64,000 nt of DNA from IMG/VR virus record IMGVR_UViG_3300017989_000071, positions 32,001 to 96,000 of that record; one strand, written 5' to 3'. A model generated the notes under the pieces. The model was not told the DNA's origin, searched no databases, and saw only the letters and a list, made by a program, of their open reading frames with translations. The stretch is from a virus. The position numbers and the translations under genes are program-made. Positions 27,573-36,930 of this stretch are shown in pieces. Position 1 is the stretch's first letter. The number at the start of each line of letters is the position of its first letter.

Positions 27573-30500
27573 GCGGCCTCCGCTGTTTTCGGGTGCAGCC
27601 GAGGAGTGAAGCGGTACTCGTCGATGAACTCTACATTCTCCTCGAACTCGGGAATCTCGCACTCGACGATCAACTTCTCCTCGGTATGCAGATATGTAAA
27701 CTCGACATCGCAGGGCCAGCCCCGCATCACATCGAGCACCTTCTTCATATTTGACGACACGTCGTGCTCGCACTTCAGGCGCAAGCCACGGCGACCGTCG
27801 GACAGCAGCTCCGCATCAACCATCTCGCCCCACGAGGTTCCAACCTCGAAGTCGATCTCCAGCGGAACCGTCAAGTGCTCCTTGAACCGCTCGACCAAAT
27901 CGTCAACCATGCAGCGGGACGCCAGCTCGATGTAGTCAACCACCTCGGAGCCGGGGCAGTCCGCCTCGAACGAATCGTGAATGAAGCCCCAAATCACTGT
28001 CCACATATCCTCTCCCCGAACCGCATCGAAGAGCATCTGCAACGCCAGTGTCGCCCAATCGCTCGATCCCCCCTGAATTGGGGTATTCATTGCCTGACGC
28101 TCAGCCGACGACCGTTTGTATTGGTTCTTACTATAAATGTCCGGAAGCAGCCGACGCGACCCGAGGCTGGTCCACACCGCACCGTGCTCTTTCAGAATCG
28201 CGGACTGCTTGTCCCACAACTCCCTCAGCCCCGGAAACTCCCGGAAGATACCCTCTTGGAAAAGCTTGGCCTCTTCAAGAGTAATCCCGTACATGTCCGC
28301 GATCCCCGGTGGACCCGCCCCGTACATCGTCCCGAAATTGGCTGCCTTCGCACCGCGCCGCTCATCGCCCGTTACCGCCTCCAGAGCCTTCTTCAGAATC
28401 CGGGCCGCCGACGTGCGGTGAATGTCCAGACCGATCAGGAAGATTTCCATCATGTTCGCGTCGCCGGACAACCGGCAGCCGTCACGCAACTCCATCTGGC
28501 CGTAATCGACAACGACGAGCAGTCCGCCCTTGAAGCGGGTCTTGTAAACACTCTTCGCACCGCCGCGAAACGGGATCGTCTGGATCGGGGGGTCGTTCGC
28601 CGACCACCGCCCTGTACCTGTCGTCCGCACACCCCAATTCGCGTGAGCGCATCCGTCGTATCCGGTCAGGTCGGGAAGTGGCTTTAGGTAGCTCGAATAA
28701 TTCTTGCCGACCTTCTTCCACAGCAACAACTTCTCCAGCATCTCGGCGCAACGCTCGCAGAACTCCTTCACCTCGGGATCGTCGGACTTTTTCCCCCGGT
28801 CCCGAATCCAAACCTCCATCCGGGAAAGCACATCCTTCTCGGTGCTACCCTGCAACACCCGACCGTCGGGCTGGCGGAAATTTCTCCGGGTCAACGAATT
28901 TTTCGGGTCGGCGGTCTTGTCGGTAAAATGATTTCCCATATAAGGAAGACCGAGAACGCCGTGGATCAGGAAATTCAAACTGACCCACGACCCCAATCCG
29001 AGCTTGTAGTTGTACTGCTCCTCCACCGCTGCGTCGTAACCCTCATCCCGAAACCAATCCCGAATCTCGGTCAACTCCTCTACCGCCGCGTCCGCGACTT
29101 CCTTGTTTCGTTCAAGATCGACATACACCCCGGAAACGCGCATCCACAGCGCAAAGGTGTGGCTGTTCATCGTCAGCATCTCGAAAGGTTCGAGCAGATT
29201 CTCCTCCTCCAGCAGCTCCCGCTGAATCGGAACCAGACGTGCCGTAGAGATCGCATCGAAGCAGGCATACTCGACGAAGATTTCATACTCTACATCCTCG
29301 TAAGGATCAGCCCCCTTCGGCAGCTCCGCTTGCGCCTCGTGCATCCGCTCCTTCGGATGCAGCATACCCGCCCATCGCGTCGCCATGTAATCCAAATCGT
29401 GAGGCTCGGTGTCGTTCGTCAGGGACCAACCGGCCAGCATCGTATCGTGGAACAAACCGGGAGCTAGACCGCGCCCCCTCCACATCGGTATCCACACCTT
29501 CGTCCGGGCAACGAACGCCGTCTGATCGTACTGGAAATTCTGACCGGCGACAGGCACCGTCCGGAATAAACGGGTGAGGTGGTGGTCGATAGCTTGTCGG
29601 GATAGAGCATCGTTGGCGAACGGAGATAACTTATGCTGATACGGAATATAGAGCGGAACCGAGTCGGTATGCGCCTCGACTCCCCCGCCCGCCTTACCCC
29701 CGCAAACTGTCACGCACAGCATCTTCCACGTTGGGTGAAAGATTTCCAGACCTCCATCCTCGCCCTTACTCGTTGCCTCGATGTCCACCGCAACGAAGTC
29801 GATCTCGCCCTTGGCGTACCGCTCCAGATACGTGTCCACTGCCGCCTCGACCTTACCGAGCGTGTCTCCGTGGTTGATCCCCAGATCGGTCTTCTCCCCC
29901 GACACGCGGCGTCGAACCATCGCCAAGTCTTCGAGGATCATCTGCTCGTACTGCACATTCCCCCGGAGAACCGCCGAGGGATGAATCGTTGGAATGACCG
30001 TGTAGGAATGGGTGATCCCGTCGAGCTCGAACGTCAGGTCCATCTTCCGACCGTGAACCGTTGTAATCTTCTGCTTCGATCCGGTCAGCCCGTTCAACGA
30101 AACCCCGCCAACCGCAACGATCACTTCGGGATCGTGCTTAACGATCTCCCGCAACACGTAAGGCCGACACGCGCTGATCTCGCTCGGCGACGGCTTCGGG
30201 TTACTCCGCACACCCAGCGGGCAGCAGCGGACCACGTTCGAGAAGCGGACCCACTCCAGCGGTATCTCTGAATCCGCCAGATATTCCCGCAACTTCTTCC
30301 CCGCCGGGCCGACGAACGGCTCCCCTTCGCGGTCCTCTACCTGACCCGGAGCCTCCCCAATCAGCATGACCTTCGGCTTCTCCGCGCCCGATCCGTACAT
30401 CTTGATCGTCGTCGCCCCCTCGGACAACGAACACCGCTCGCACGGTCCGGGCGTCAGGTCCGGTATTTCGTCGCCGGAGCAGAAGGAGCACAAATAGGAC

Positions 30501-30661
30501 TCGTCGCGGACATCTCCGTCGAGAGGAAAAAGAAGCGGATGGGATTCGATGTAGGCCATGCAGTCCGCACAGCCGATATGGACCATCCCATCCTCGGGAA
30601 ACGGCAGGACGTTCTTTCGGCGGTCCTTCTTCGCTGCCTTCTTTTTCTTCGGTTTCGCCAT
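27569..30661 (-). CDS. family A DNA polymerase with N-terminal family-4 uracil-DNA glycosylase domain
   Basis: UDG: GEAPG, FVGPAG, NVVRCCP, HPSAVLR; exonuclease VDIEA/NFQYD/YACFD; polymerase DYGQMELR, RRGAKAANFGTMYG, IHDS. Confidence 0.95.
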   Translation of the reverse strand: MAKPKKKKAAKKDRRKNVLPFPEDGMVHIGCADCMAYIESHPLLFPLDGDVRDESYLCSFCSGDEIPDLTPGPCERCSLSEGATTIKMYGSGAEKPKVMLIGEAPGQVEDREGEPFVGPAGKKLREYLADSEIPLEWVRFSNVVRCCPLGVRSNPKPSPSEISACRPYVLREIVKHDPEVIVAVGGVSLNGLTGSKQKITTVHGRKMDLTFELDGITHSYTVIPTIHPSAVLRGNVQYEQMILEDLAMVRRRVSGEKTDLGINHGDTLGKVEAAVDTYLERYAKGEIDFVAVDIEATSKGEDGGLEIFHPTWKMLCVTVCGGKAGGGVEAHTDSVPLYIPYQHKLSPFANDALSRQAIDHHLTRLFRTVPVAGQNFQYDQTAFVARTKVWIPMWRGRGLAPGLFHDTMLAGWSLTNDTEPHDLDYMATRWAGMLHPKERMHEAQAELPKGADPYEDVEYEIFVEYACFDAISTARLVPIQRELLEEENLLEPFEMLTMNSHTFALWMRVSGVYVDLERNKEVADAAVEELTEIRDWFRDEGYDAAVEEQYNYKLGLGSWVSLNFLIHGVLGLPYMGNHFTDKTADPKNSLTRRNFRQPDGRVLQGSTEKDVLSRMEVWIRDRGKKSDDPEVKEFCERCAEMLEKLLLWKKVGKNYSSYLKPLPDLTGYDGCAHANWGVRTTGTGRWSANDPPIQTIPFRGGAKSVYKTRFKGGLLVVVDYGQMELRDGCRLSGDANMMEIFLIGLDIHRTSAARILKKALEAVTGDERRGAKAANFGTMYGAGPPGIADMYGITLEEAKLFQEGIFREFPGLRELWDKQSAILKEHGAVWTSLGSRRLLPDIYSKNQYKRSSAERQAMNTPIQGGSSDWATLALQMLFDAVRGEDMWTVIWGFIHDSFEADCPGSEVVDYIELASRCMVDDLVERFKEHLTVPLEIDFEVGTSWGEMVDAELLSDGRRGLRLKCEHDVSSNMKKVLDVMRGWPCDVEFTYLHTEEKLIVECEIPEFEENVEFIDEYRFTPRLHPKTAEAA

Positions 30662-31656
30662 TAGATCACCTGCCGTTGCATCAACTCAATCCCTGTTCGG
30701 AACGGATCGTAGTCAATCGCCTGATCGAGGTGCCGCTGCATCTCGGGTCCGAGGGATGAGGGGTCTTCGTTTTGGGGGAGAGTAACGAGACGGGCTTCGC
30801 GTTCGTGGGAGAAGAGAAACTGACAAATCTCGATGGATTGCTGCAACGCATCGGGATCGAGGGCCACAGAAAACTTAACATGTTTACCTAGTTGAAGAAG
30901 CATGTCGTACTGCTCCGCGCTGGCCCTGCTTCCGAGAATCGCCACCCCGTTCTTCCCGGTCGAGATCGCATCGAACACCCCTTCCGTTATCACCACGTGA
31001 TCGAACTTCGCCCGGCGCACCCGGTCGTAGTTGTAAACCCATCTCGATTTCCGGCTGTCGATTGGGAACTCGTACTTCCGATACTGACGAGGATTCCGGT
31101 TGACGAGATCGAGCATTTCGAGGGTGTAGGCCCGCGCCACCCAAATCCGCAGCTCGTCCTCCCCCAACACCCGCTCGTAGTCCGGGCAAACGATTCGGCC
31201 CCGGAGATCGCCCAGCCCGTCACCGAGGCCGTACCACTCCGCAATCTCCGGGGTCACCCCGCGCTTCGCGAGGTAGAATCGAATCTCCCCTTCCCAGCGA
31301 ATCGGTCGAATCATCTCCGGCTCCGGGCAGTACGCCGGTCCGCTCTCCTCCTCCTCCTCGGCGAGCTGGCCGAAACGCAGCGTCCGGATCGTCCGCGCCA
31401 TCGAGTCCTCCCAACCGACCAGTGAAGGCTTATCCGGGTCTACCCCGATCAGGAAATACAGATAAGTCAACGTCCCCGCCGCCTTACAGCGTTGACAGAT
31501 AAACATGCGCTTCCGGGTGTTGTAGTAGAGATGGTACTTCGTATCGGGCGACTTCTTCCCGTTCCGTAGACAGACCGGGCAGCAGAAACGAACTTCGTTT
31601 CTCGGGGCATTCAGCGGCGTCCCGAGACGACCAATTAGATTCGCCGGGACTACCAT
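30661..31656 (-). CDS. DNA primase (Zn finger plus TOPRIM)
   Basis: CPVC...CQRC; VITEGVFDA; VALDPD. Confidence 0.85.
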   Translation of the reverse strand: MVVPANLIGRLGTPLNAPRNEVRFCCPVCLRNGKKSPDTKYHLYYNTRKRMFICQRCKAAGTLTYLYFLIGVDPDKPSLVGWEDSMARTIRTLRFGQLAEEEEESGPAYCPEPEMIRPIRWEGEIRFYLAKRGVTPEIAEWYGLGDGLGDLRGRIVCPDYERVLGEDELRIWVARAYTLEMLDLVNRNPRQYRKYEFPIDSRKSRWVYNYDRVRRAKFDHVVITEGVFDAISTGKNGVAILGSRASAEQYDMLLQLGKHVKFSVALDPDALQQSIEICQFLFSHEREARLVTLPQNEDPSSLGPEMQRHLDQAIDYDPFRTGIELMQRQVI

Positions 31657-31703
31657 CGCTCACCTGTTTGTATCATGCAAGGTTCCGTGTCTTCCGTAAC
31701 ACA

Positions 31704-31745
31704 GGCGACCCACCGCCGAACGAGGAGTAAGTACGATGGGCCGCC
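31704..31745 (-). ncRNA. leader stem-loop displaying anti-RBS CUCCUCGUUC (candidate antisense RNA)
   Basis: 12-bp stem GGCGGCCCAUCG/CGGUGGGUCGCC (two G.U pairs that work only on the minus strand) and 18-nt loop UACUUACUCCUCGUUCGG. Confidence 0.6.
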
Positions 31746-31763
31746 CCACAAAAGGTAAGACCG

Positions 31764-31792
31764 ATAATACCTCGGTCGTTAGGGGTTGTCAA
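31764..31792 (-). promoter_or_regulatory. sigma70-type promoter of primase/polymerase operon
   Basis: TTGACA-17 nt-TATTAT. Confidence 0.7.
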
Positions 31793-32286
31793 GCGAAATC
31801 TTCCTCCTTCTGAGAAATCGCCACGAAGCGGTTATCCCCGAGAATCCAGCCGATCCCTCCCTTAACGGTGGACCAGTCCAGCTCCCCAGCACCGCATCCG
31901 GGCCGGGGCAGCCAAACCTCGTCGTATTCCTCCCACACCCGGAGAACCTTCACCTTCTCGACGAGCTGTTTGGCACTACGGATAATCAGGTCCATATCGG
32001 AAGGGAGTCGCCACTCGTATTTGGTTGGAAAACTGAATAAATCGGCTTTCCGGGAGGGGTGGGGTCCGTAAACACCGCGTAGGTCGTGGACGACGTTACC
32101 CACTGAAGAGATCATCCCCCCAAGAACGCGGTCGATGCCGGGATACCGTTCGGCGGCTGCTCGCGCACACCCCCGGCCCATCACCGCCGTCCCGTCCGAG
32201 TGGATTTCGCCGTTCGTCGTAATGCACCGCAGAACGATCTGCCCCTCGGGTGGAACGGACCAAAGATCGGTTGCTCGCTCACGCAT
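31789..32286 (-). CDS. DarG/TARG1-like macrodomain (ADP-ribose glycohydrolase)
   Basis: TTNG...VMGRGCA, FSFPTKYEWR, LPRPGCGAGELDWSTVK. Confidence 0.82.
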   Translation of the reverse strand: MRERATDLWSVPPEGQIVLRCITTNGEIHSDGTAVMGRGCARAAAERYPGIDRVLGGMISSVGNVVHDLRGVYGPHPSRKADLFSFPTKYEWRLPSDMDLIIRSAKQLVEKVKVLRVWEEYDEVWLPRPGCGAGELDWSTVKGGIGWILGDNRFVAISQKEEDFA

Positions 32287-32515
32287 TGGACTCTCCGGCC
32301 AGCCGAGCGGCCTCGCGCAGAGCAGGGTAAGACTTACGTACCTGAATCGCTCCGTCGGAAAACGCAGCCACCAGATCGCGAAGGAGTGCGCTCACGTTCC
32401 CCTCGTAGTCGGTAACCTCCTCGGCCACCTCTTCGATCCGGTCCCGGACGCTCCTCCCGATCACCGATTGAATCCGTACACTGTCCTCGCCTTCGAGAAC
32501 TCGTCGTCGTGGCAT
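32279..32515 (-). CDS. RHH-like DNA-binding protein
   Basis: VRIQSVIGRSVRDRIEE...NVSALLRDLV. Confidence 0.5.
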   Translation of the reverse strand: MPRRRVLEGEDSVRIQSVIGRSVRDRIEEVAEEVTDYEGNVSALLRDLVAAFSDGAIQVRKSYPALREAARLAGESNA

Positions 32516-32563
32516 ACGCCTTCTCCATCTCTGCTCCCACGCATTTTGTTAGTAGATAAAGTA

Positions 32564-33265
32564 TCATCCCGTTTCCGCCTCTCCCCCGTCGTCTTCCTCT
32601 TCCACCGAATACACGTTGGCGAGGGCATTCCGAACGCGCTCGCGCAACGGCTCGTTGCTCGACCCAATGACCGATCCGGGGTGAACCGGCGCATGGCTCT
32701 CGTCGTCGATCCAGTGCTCGGCGAGATCGGCCAGAATCCGCAGGCCGTCCGCGCCGCTGACCTCTTGCTTGTACCCCTCGAAGCCGATGGCCTCGTAGAG
32801 GGGAATCCAGTGCTCGTCGTAGAAGTTGTAACCGGCCCCGTCCACACAGATGAAGACGCCGACGGCATCGTCCTCGCACACCCGGACGTTCGCCTTCTCG
32901 GCCAGCTCTTGCGCCCGGCTCCGGAGAATCGACTCCATCGCCGAATCGTCGGCGACGAAGAGGGTGCCCCACATCGGGGGATCGCGGAACAGGGTCAGCT
33001 CGCTCGCCTCGAACACCTCGTCGGGATCGTTCGGGCACCGCACCTGATCGATATACTCGTCGGTCGGATGCTCGACCGCCTCGAACTCCTCGCGGTCGAA
33101 CTCTTCTCCGCAATTCGGACAGGTACGGGTCGCCGCACCCAACACCGTGACGCGATCATACCAGTCCTCGGTCGGAATGGTATCCTGCTTGACGAAAGAA
33201 AAGTCGCGGTCCATCCACGCCTCGACAGCGGCCCGCTTCGTTGCATACCTCGGAAACCTCTTCAC
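32564..33265 (-). CDS. conserved hypothetical early protein
   Basis: GTG start behind GAACGAGGAG; PMWGTLF...VDGAGYNFYDEHWIPLY. Confidence 0.65.
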   Translation of the reverse strand: MKRFPRYATKRAAVEAWMDRDFSFVKQDTIPTEDWYDRVTVLGAATRTCPNCGEEFDREEFEAVEHPTDEYIDQVRCPNDPDEVFEASELTLFRDPPMWGTLFVADDSAMESILRSRAQELAEKANVRVCEDDAVGVFICVDGAGYNFYDEHWIPLYEAIGFEGYKQEVSGADGLRILADLAEHWIDDESHAPVHPGSVIGSSNEPLRERVRNALANVYSVEEEDDGGEAETG

Positions 33266-33279
33266 GTTATTCTCCTCGT

Positions 33280-33684
33280 TCAGTACGGTTCGCATTCCCA
33301 GAGCAGGGTCTCGAAGGCCGTATCGCCCACGAGCTCCTTCAGCTCCTTCGTTTGGTTCTCGGTCGCTTCGTACCGGCGGACGGAATCTTCCCGATCATCC
33401 CACGGGTCGAAGCCCAGATCGTCACACCACTCCTCGAAGGAGCTGGCGTTCTCGATAGTCACCGCATCGAGAGCAAGGCACGACAAAACATCCGCCGCCT
33501 CGGGGGAGCGTTTCCACCCAGTCCCCGTGCTGAAGTGGATGGTCATAGACTCCCGCGACCCTTCTCCCCCGGAGACGGTCACCGTGTAATGGTTCCCCGC
33601 TCCCGGCCAGAAGGGATTCACCTCATCGGTCCGGTCAGCCTCGACCTTGATACCGTGTTGTTCGATAAAGTCTTGAATCGTCAT
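33280..33684 (-). CDS. conserved hypothetical early protein
   Basis: MTIQDF...DVLSCLALDA...FEEWCDDLGFD; own promoter. Confidence 0.65.
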   Translation of the reverse strand: MTIQDFIEQHGIKVEADRTDEVNPFWPGAGNHYTVTVSGGEGSRESMTIHFSTGTGWKRSPEAADVLSCLALDAVTIENASSFEEWCDDLGFDPWDDREDSVRRYEATENQTKELKELVGDTAFETLLWECEPY

Positions 33685-33709
33685 GTCGTTGTCCTCGTTC
33701 ATGTAGCGT

Positions 33710-33738
33710 ATGATAATATCTTTCGAGTACGTTGTCAA
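33710..33738 (-). promoter_or_regulatory. early promoter, shared class
   Basis: TTGACA-ACGTACTCGAAAGATAT-TATCAT. Confidence 0.8.
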
Positions 33739-34037
33739 GCCTTTTTTGTGCGATCTTCGTTCGGAGCGCGATACCAATCGTTAAGGGTACAGGTACACCC
33801 CTCGCCGATTGCCATCATCCGCGCCAGCTTCGAGTCGGCCCCGTGATCGAGGATCAACTGGCAGTAATGTCGTTGATCCTCCTCGGACCAGACCAACCCC
33901 CGGCAAGGCGGTTCGACCGGCTCGTTGCACTCATAGAACTCGATGCCCAGAGCGCACACCTGCTTCACGCAGCAGAAGCCGCAACCGACGCAGGGGGGAT
34001 AACCCCCCTTGTCGTAGATCGTCGGAAAGTCCGTCAC
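33735..34037 (-). CDS. CxxCxxCC (YkgJ-like) Cys-rich protein
   Basis: CVGCGFCC...PPCRGL...YCQL; GTGA coupling to ardC. Confidence 0.55.
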   Translation of the reverse strand: MTDFPTIYDKGGYPPCVGCGFCCVKQVCALGIEFYECNEPVEPPCRGLVWSEEDQRHYCQLILDHGADSKLARMMAIGEGCTCTLNDWYRAPNEDRTKKA

Positions 34038-34957
34038 GCCGCTTCCTCCTGATCGTCTTCGTCTTCCTCTTCGGCGGACTGAGCCGCGAGGATCAGGTCC
34101 GCCGCCTTCTGCGCCTGAGCCGCCGCGTAGACCAGCAGCTTCCGGTCGTCCTTCAACTTCGCGAGCCAATTCTTGATGTAGGCCGCGCTGTTGTCGATCA
34201 CCACGTTCTCGATCCCGCAGAACCCGCACAGGCAGCTCGCGCCCAACTCGGCGACCAGCTCCTCCTGAGAGTAATTGTTGCCGCCGAAACCGTCGTGCTC
34301 GACCAAGCTCTTCCGGTTGAGACGATCCTTGTGGCCGGTCGAATGGGAGAGCTCGTGAAACAGGGTGGAGTAGAACGCCTCGGAAGTCTTGAAGTGCTCC
34401 GGCTTCGGGCAGCCGATGTAGTCGGTACCCGCGATATAAAAAGCGTGGCTCCCGCCGAACTTGATCTCCGGCTTCTCTTCCCAGCCGTCCACCACCCGAC
34501 CGCACACCTCGATAGGGGTGAAGTCCGCGCTCGGCTTCGCCGCCTCGGGAATCCGGTCTTCCAGACCGTCGCACTGCTCGACGTTGAACACGGTGTAGTA
34601 GCGCAGCAGGGGAATCTTGTCCACAATCGGCTCCCCCTTCTCGTTGGTCTGGCCGGTCTCTTTTTCGAGAATGCGCCAGAACACGACCGGGGTACCGCGC
34701 TCGCCCTTGCGAACCTGACCGCCAAGGGTCTTGGCCTGCTTGTAGGTCACCCACCACGGCGTCGCGTAACCCGAACCCAGCAGCAACCAGACGTTGATGC
34801 CGCGATACGGCTTCTTGCTCACGAGATTGCGGTGGAAACCGCCGCCGCCCGGAACCGACCACGGCTTCTGCCACGGCACCACACCCTGCTCCAGCAGCGC
34901 GATAATCCGATCCGTCACGATCTCGTATACGTCTTTTTTGGATTTCGTCTTAGCCAT
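34034..34957 (-). CDS. ardC: ArdC-like antirestriction protein (ssDNA-binding plus zincin domains)
   Basis: VTDRIIALLEQGVVPWQKPW, YRGINV, YYSTLFHELSHSTGH, YSQEELVAELG, SAAYIKNWL. Confidence 0.92.
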   Translation of the reverse strand: MAKTKSKKDVYEIVTDRIIALLEQGVVPWQKPWSVPGGGGFHRNLVSKKPYRGINVWLLLGSGYATPWWVTYKQAKTLGGQVRKGERGTPVVFWRILEKETGQTNEKGEPIVDKIPLLRYYTVFNVEQCDGLEDRIPEAAKPSADFTPIEVCGRVVDGWEEKPEIKFGGSHAFYIAGTDYIGCPKPEHFKTSEAFYSTLFHELSHSTGHKDRLNRKSLVEHDGFGGNNYSQEELVAELGASCLCGFCGIENVVIDNSAAYIKNWLAKLKDDRKLLVYAAAQAQKAADLILAAQSAEEEDEDDQEEAA

Positions 34958-34992
34958 TTTATTCTCCTCGTTCGTTTGTCAGTCTCAATCGT

Positions 34993-35021
34993 ATTATATT
35001 ACCTTTCGAGTACGATGTCAA
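34993..35021 (-). promoter_or_regulatory. early promoter, shared class
   Basis: TTGACA-TCGTACTCGAAAGGTAA-TATAAT. Confidence 0.85.
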
Positions 35022-35062
35022 GAGTATTTTTCGACTTTTTTCGTTTTCCCCTAAAATCCAAG

Positions 35063-35100
35063 AAAAACCCCCGATGCCAGCGTGGGAGCGGCACCGGGGG
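35063..35100 (-). terminator. intrinsic terminator
   Basis: CCCCCGGUGCC/GGCAUCGGGGG stem, 11-nt loop, UUUUU tail after helicase. Confidence 0.75.
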
Positions 35101-35141
35101 TCGGGCCGGTGAGAGCGGAAGAGGAAGTTGACCCCCACCGG

Positions 35142-36470
35142 CTATTCTGCCTCGCCCTCGTCCTTGCGCGTCGCATCTTCGAGAATCGAGGCCCGTTTGT
35201 AATCGGAGCGCGTATACACGCGGTACTGGCTCTCTGCGCGACGGAACTTGTCAACCCAGATGTATTCTTTATTTACTGTAAGAATTATGTCGGCCTTGTT
35301 TGTCTTCTGCGAACTGTTGGCGACGTTGAACTGGCTGAGCTGCACCTTCCTCGGATTTCCGTACAAGGTCTTGCGGCTGATCTGACTCGGAGCGATCACG
35401 ACCGCCTTGACCTCCTTCGCCAAGTCCATCAAGGAATCGTAAATCTCCCCCATCGTCGAATACATCTGCTCCCCGGTCCCGCCGCGAAGCTGATCGGGAT
35501 AGTCCACGACAACCATCGAAGGGGAGACATTGTACCGGGCCATCGCCGCCGTCACGTGAGATCGTATCTGCCCGAAGCGCGTCTTCCCCGGCGGAAACTC
35601 CTTGACCAATATCTGCTTCGACCCCAGACCCATCTCCTTGAACCGCTGCTCGTAGAGGGCAGACCCCTTCACGATCTCGTGCATCGCCACCCCCGACAAT
35701 TTCGAGGCATAACGCAGCAGCACATCGTGCTCGTTCAGATCGCCAATCGTGTAATGGAAGACCACCCCGTTACGCCGTGCCTCGAAAGCCGCGAGGTTCA
35801 CGGCCAGCATCGACTTCCCGCCACCGCTGAACCCGAGGATCACGACCAGCTCGCCCTTACCGAATCCTCCGTAGGATCGCTCGTTCAATGTGGGAAACGG
35901 AGTCAATACCCGGCCATCCGGGTTGTAGGAAGTCTGCCGCAGAATCTCCGGAAGGTCGGCCCCCACCTCGGACATCCGCGTCCCGATATTCGCCACGTCG
36001 TCCCCGACCCGACTCGCCGTCTGCAACCATTCGAGATAATCCGAAGCGTGGCTCCGCTCCTCGGGGGGCAGCATCAGCTCTTCGGCAATCCGGGCGACCG
36101 CCTCCCTCTCGGCGCAGTCCTTGGCGAACTGGATAACCTGCGTGCGGATATAGACTTCGTCGGTCAGGTCCGCTTTCGTGTAAGCGTAGTCGATCTCCTT
36201 GATCGCCCCCTCGATACTCTCGTTCGGCAACCCGTGCTGCCTTGCCCAACTCTCCAGCGCGACAACCATGCTGTCCCGCGTCGGAACCTGCCCGTGCTCG
36301 TCGTAGTGGTTGAGCGCGATACGAGCAAGGGGGACCAGCAGATCGTGCGCAAAATAGGCCGAGTCGATTGCATCGCGAAAGTGGACGAGAAACATCGGAT
36401 CGCGGACGATCAGGGCAAATATCTTGCGCTGGAATCCGAGACCGAACGGGTATTTTCCATGCCCCTCCAT
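35142..36470 (-). CDS. DnaB-like replicative helicase
   Basis: GELVVILGFSGGGKS, MVVVDYPD, APSQ, ADIILTVN; start re-called at MEGHGK. Confidence 0.87.
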   Translation of the reverse strand: MEGHGKYPFGLGFQRKIFALIVRDPMFLVHFRDAIDSAYFAHDLLVPLARIALNHYDEHGQVPTRDSMVVALESWARQHGLPNESIEGAIKEIDYAYTKADLTDEVYIRTQVIQFAKDCAEREAVARIAEELMLPPEERSHASDYLEWLQTASRVGDDVANIGTRMSEVGADLPEILRQTSYNPDGRVLTPFPTLNERSYGGFGKGELVVILGFSGGGKSMLAVNLAAFEARRNGVVFHYTIGDLNEHDVLLRYASKLSGVAMHEIVKGSALYEQRFKEMGLGSKQILVKEFPPGKTRFGQIRSHVTAAMARYNVSPSMVVVDYPDQLRGGTGEQMYSTMGEIYDSLMDLAKEVKAVVIAPSQISRKTLYGNPRKVQLSQFNVANSSQKTNKADIILTVNKEYIWVDKFRRAESQYRVYTRSDYKRASILEDATRKDEGEAE

Positions 36471-36754
36471 CACCGGGGAACGAACTCGTCGCCAACCTGC
36501 GCGGCGTAGTAGTCCCGCCACGCCCGAATCTCAAGGCGATTCGAGGGGTGGGAAAGAAGACGCCGATAAGCCAGCCGGTCTAACTGAAATCCGACCGCTT
36601 CCTCCAGCTCGGCAACGGCCTCGTTGATGCCTCCCTCCTCATCGGGTACGAACTCCCCCGCCAGAGAACAATCGACCCGAATGGACTCGAACTCTCCGAT
36701 ATTGAGGGTCACCCCGGAAGACACACTGATCCTGTCGATGTTTACTTTGGGCAT
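36470..36754 (-). CDS. hypothetical protein
   Basis: GVTLNIGEFESIRVDC; TGATG coupling to helicase. Confidence 0.6.
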   Translation of the reverse strand: MPKVNIDRISVSSGVTLNIGEFESIRVDCSLAGEFVPDEEGGINEAVAELEEAVGFQLDRLAYRRLLSHPSNRLEIRAWRDYYAAQVGDEFVPR

Positions 36755-36786
36755 TGCAAGGCTCCCTTCACTGCTTTGTGTGTAAA

Positions 36787-36897
36787 CTATTTACCAGCCA
36801 AGAACCGCAGAACCCACAACGCTCCCTTGTAGAGAACATGCAGGGTCAGGCCGATCACCAGACTGCAAATCACGATTCCGGTCGTACTCATTTCCAT
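36787..36897 (-). CDS. small membrane protein (36 aa)
   Basis: MEMSTTGIVICSLVIGLTLHVLYKGALWVLRFLAGK; GAGGAG SD. Confidence 0.5.
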   Translation of the reverse strand: MEMSTTGIVICSLVIGLTLHVLYKGALWVLRFLAGK

Positions 36898-36930
36898 GTG
36901 GATTCTCCTCTTCCTTCGATTGACCCGCCG

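Noticed and set aside
31736-31813. Plus-strand micro-ORF MGRPTKGKTDN... behind GAACGAGGAG
   Set aside because: No plus-strand promoter seen, it runs antisense through a promoter, and stem wobble pairs favour the minus-strand RNA; kept only as an alternative explanation
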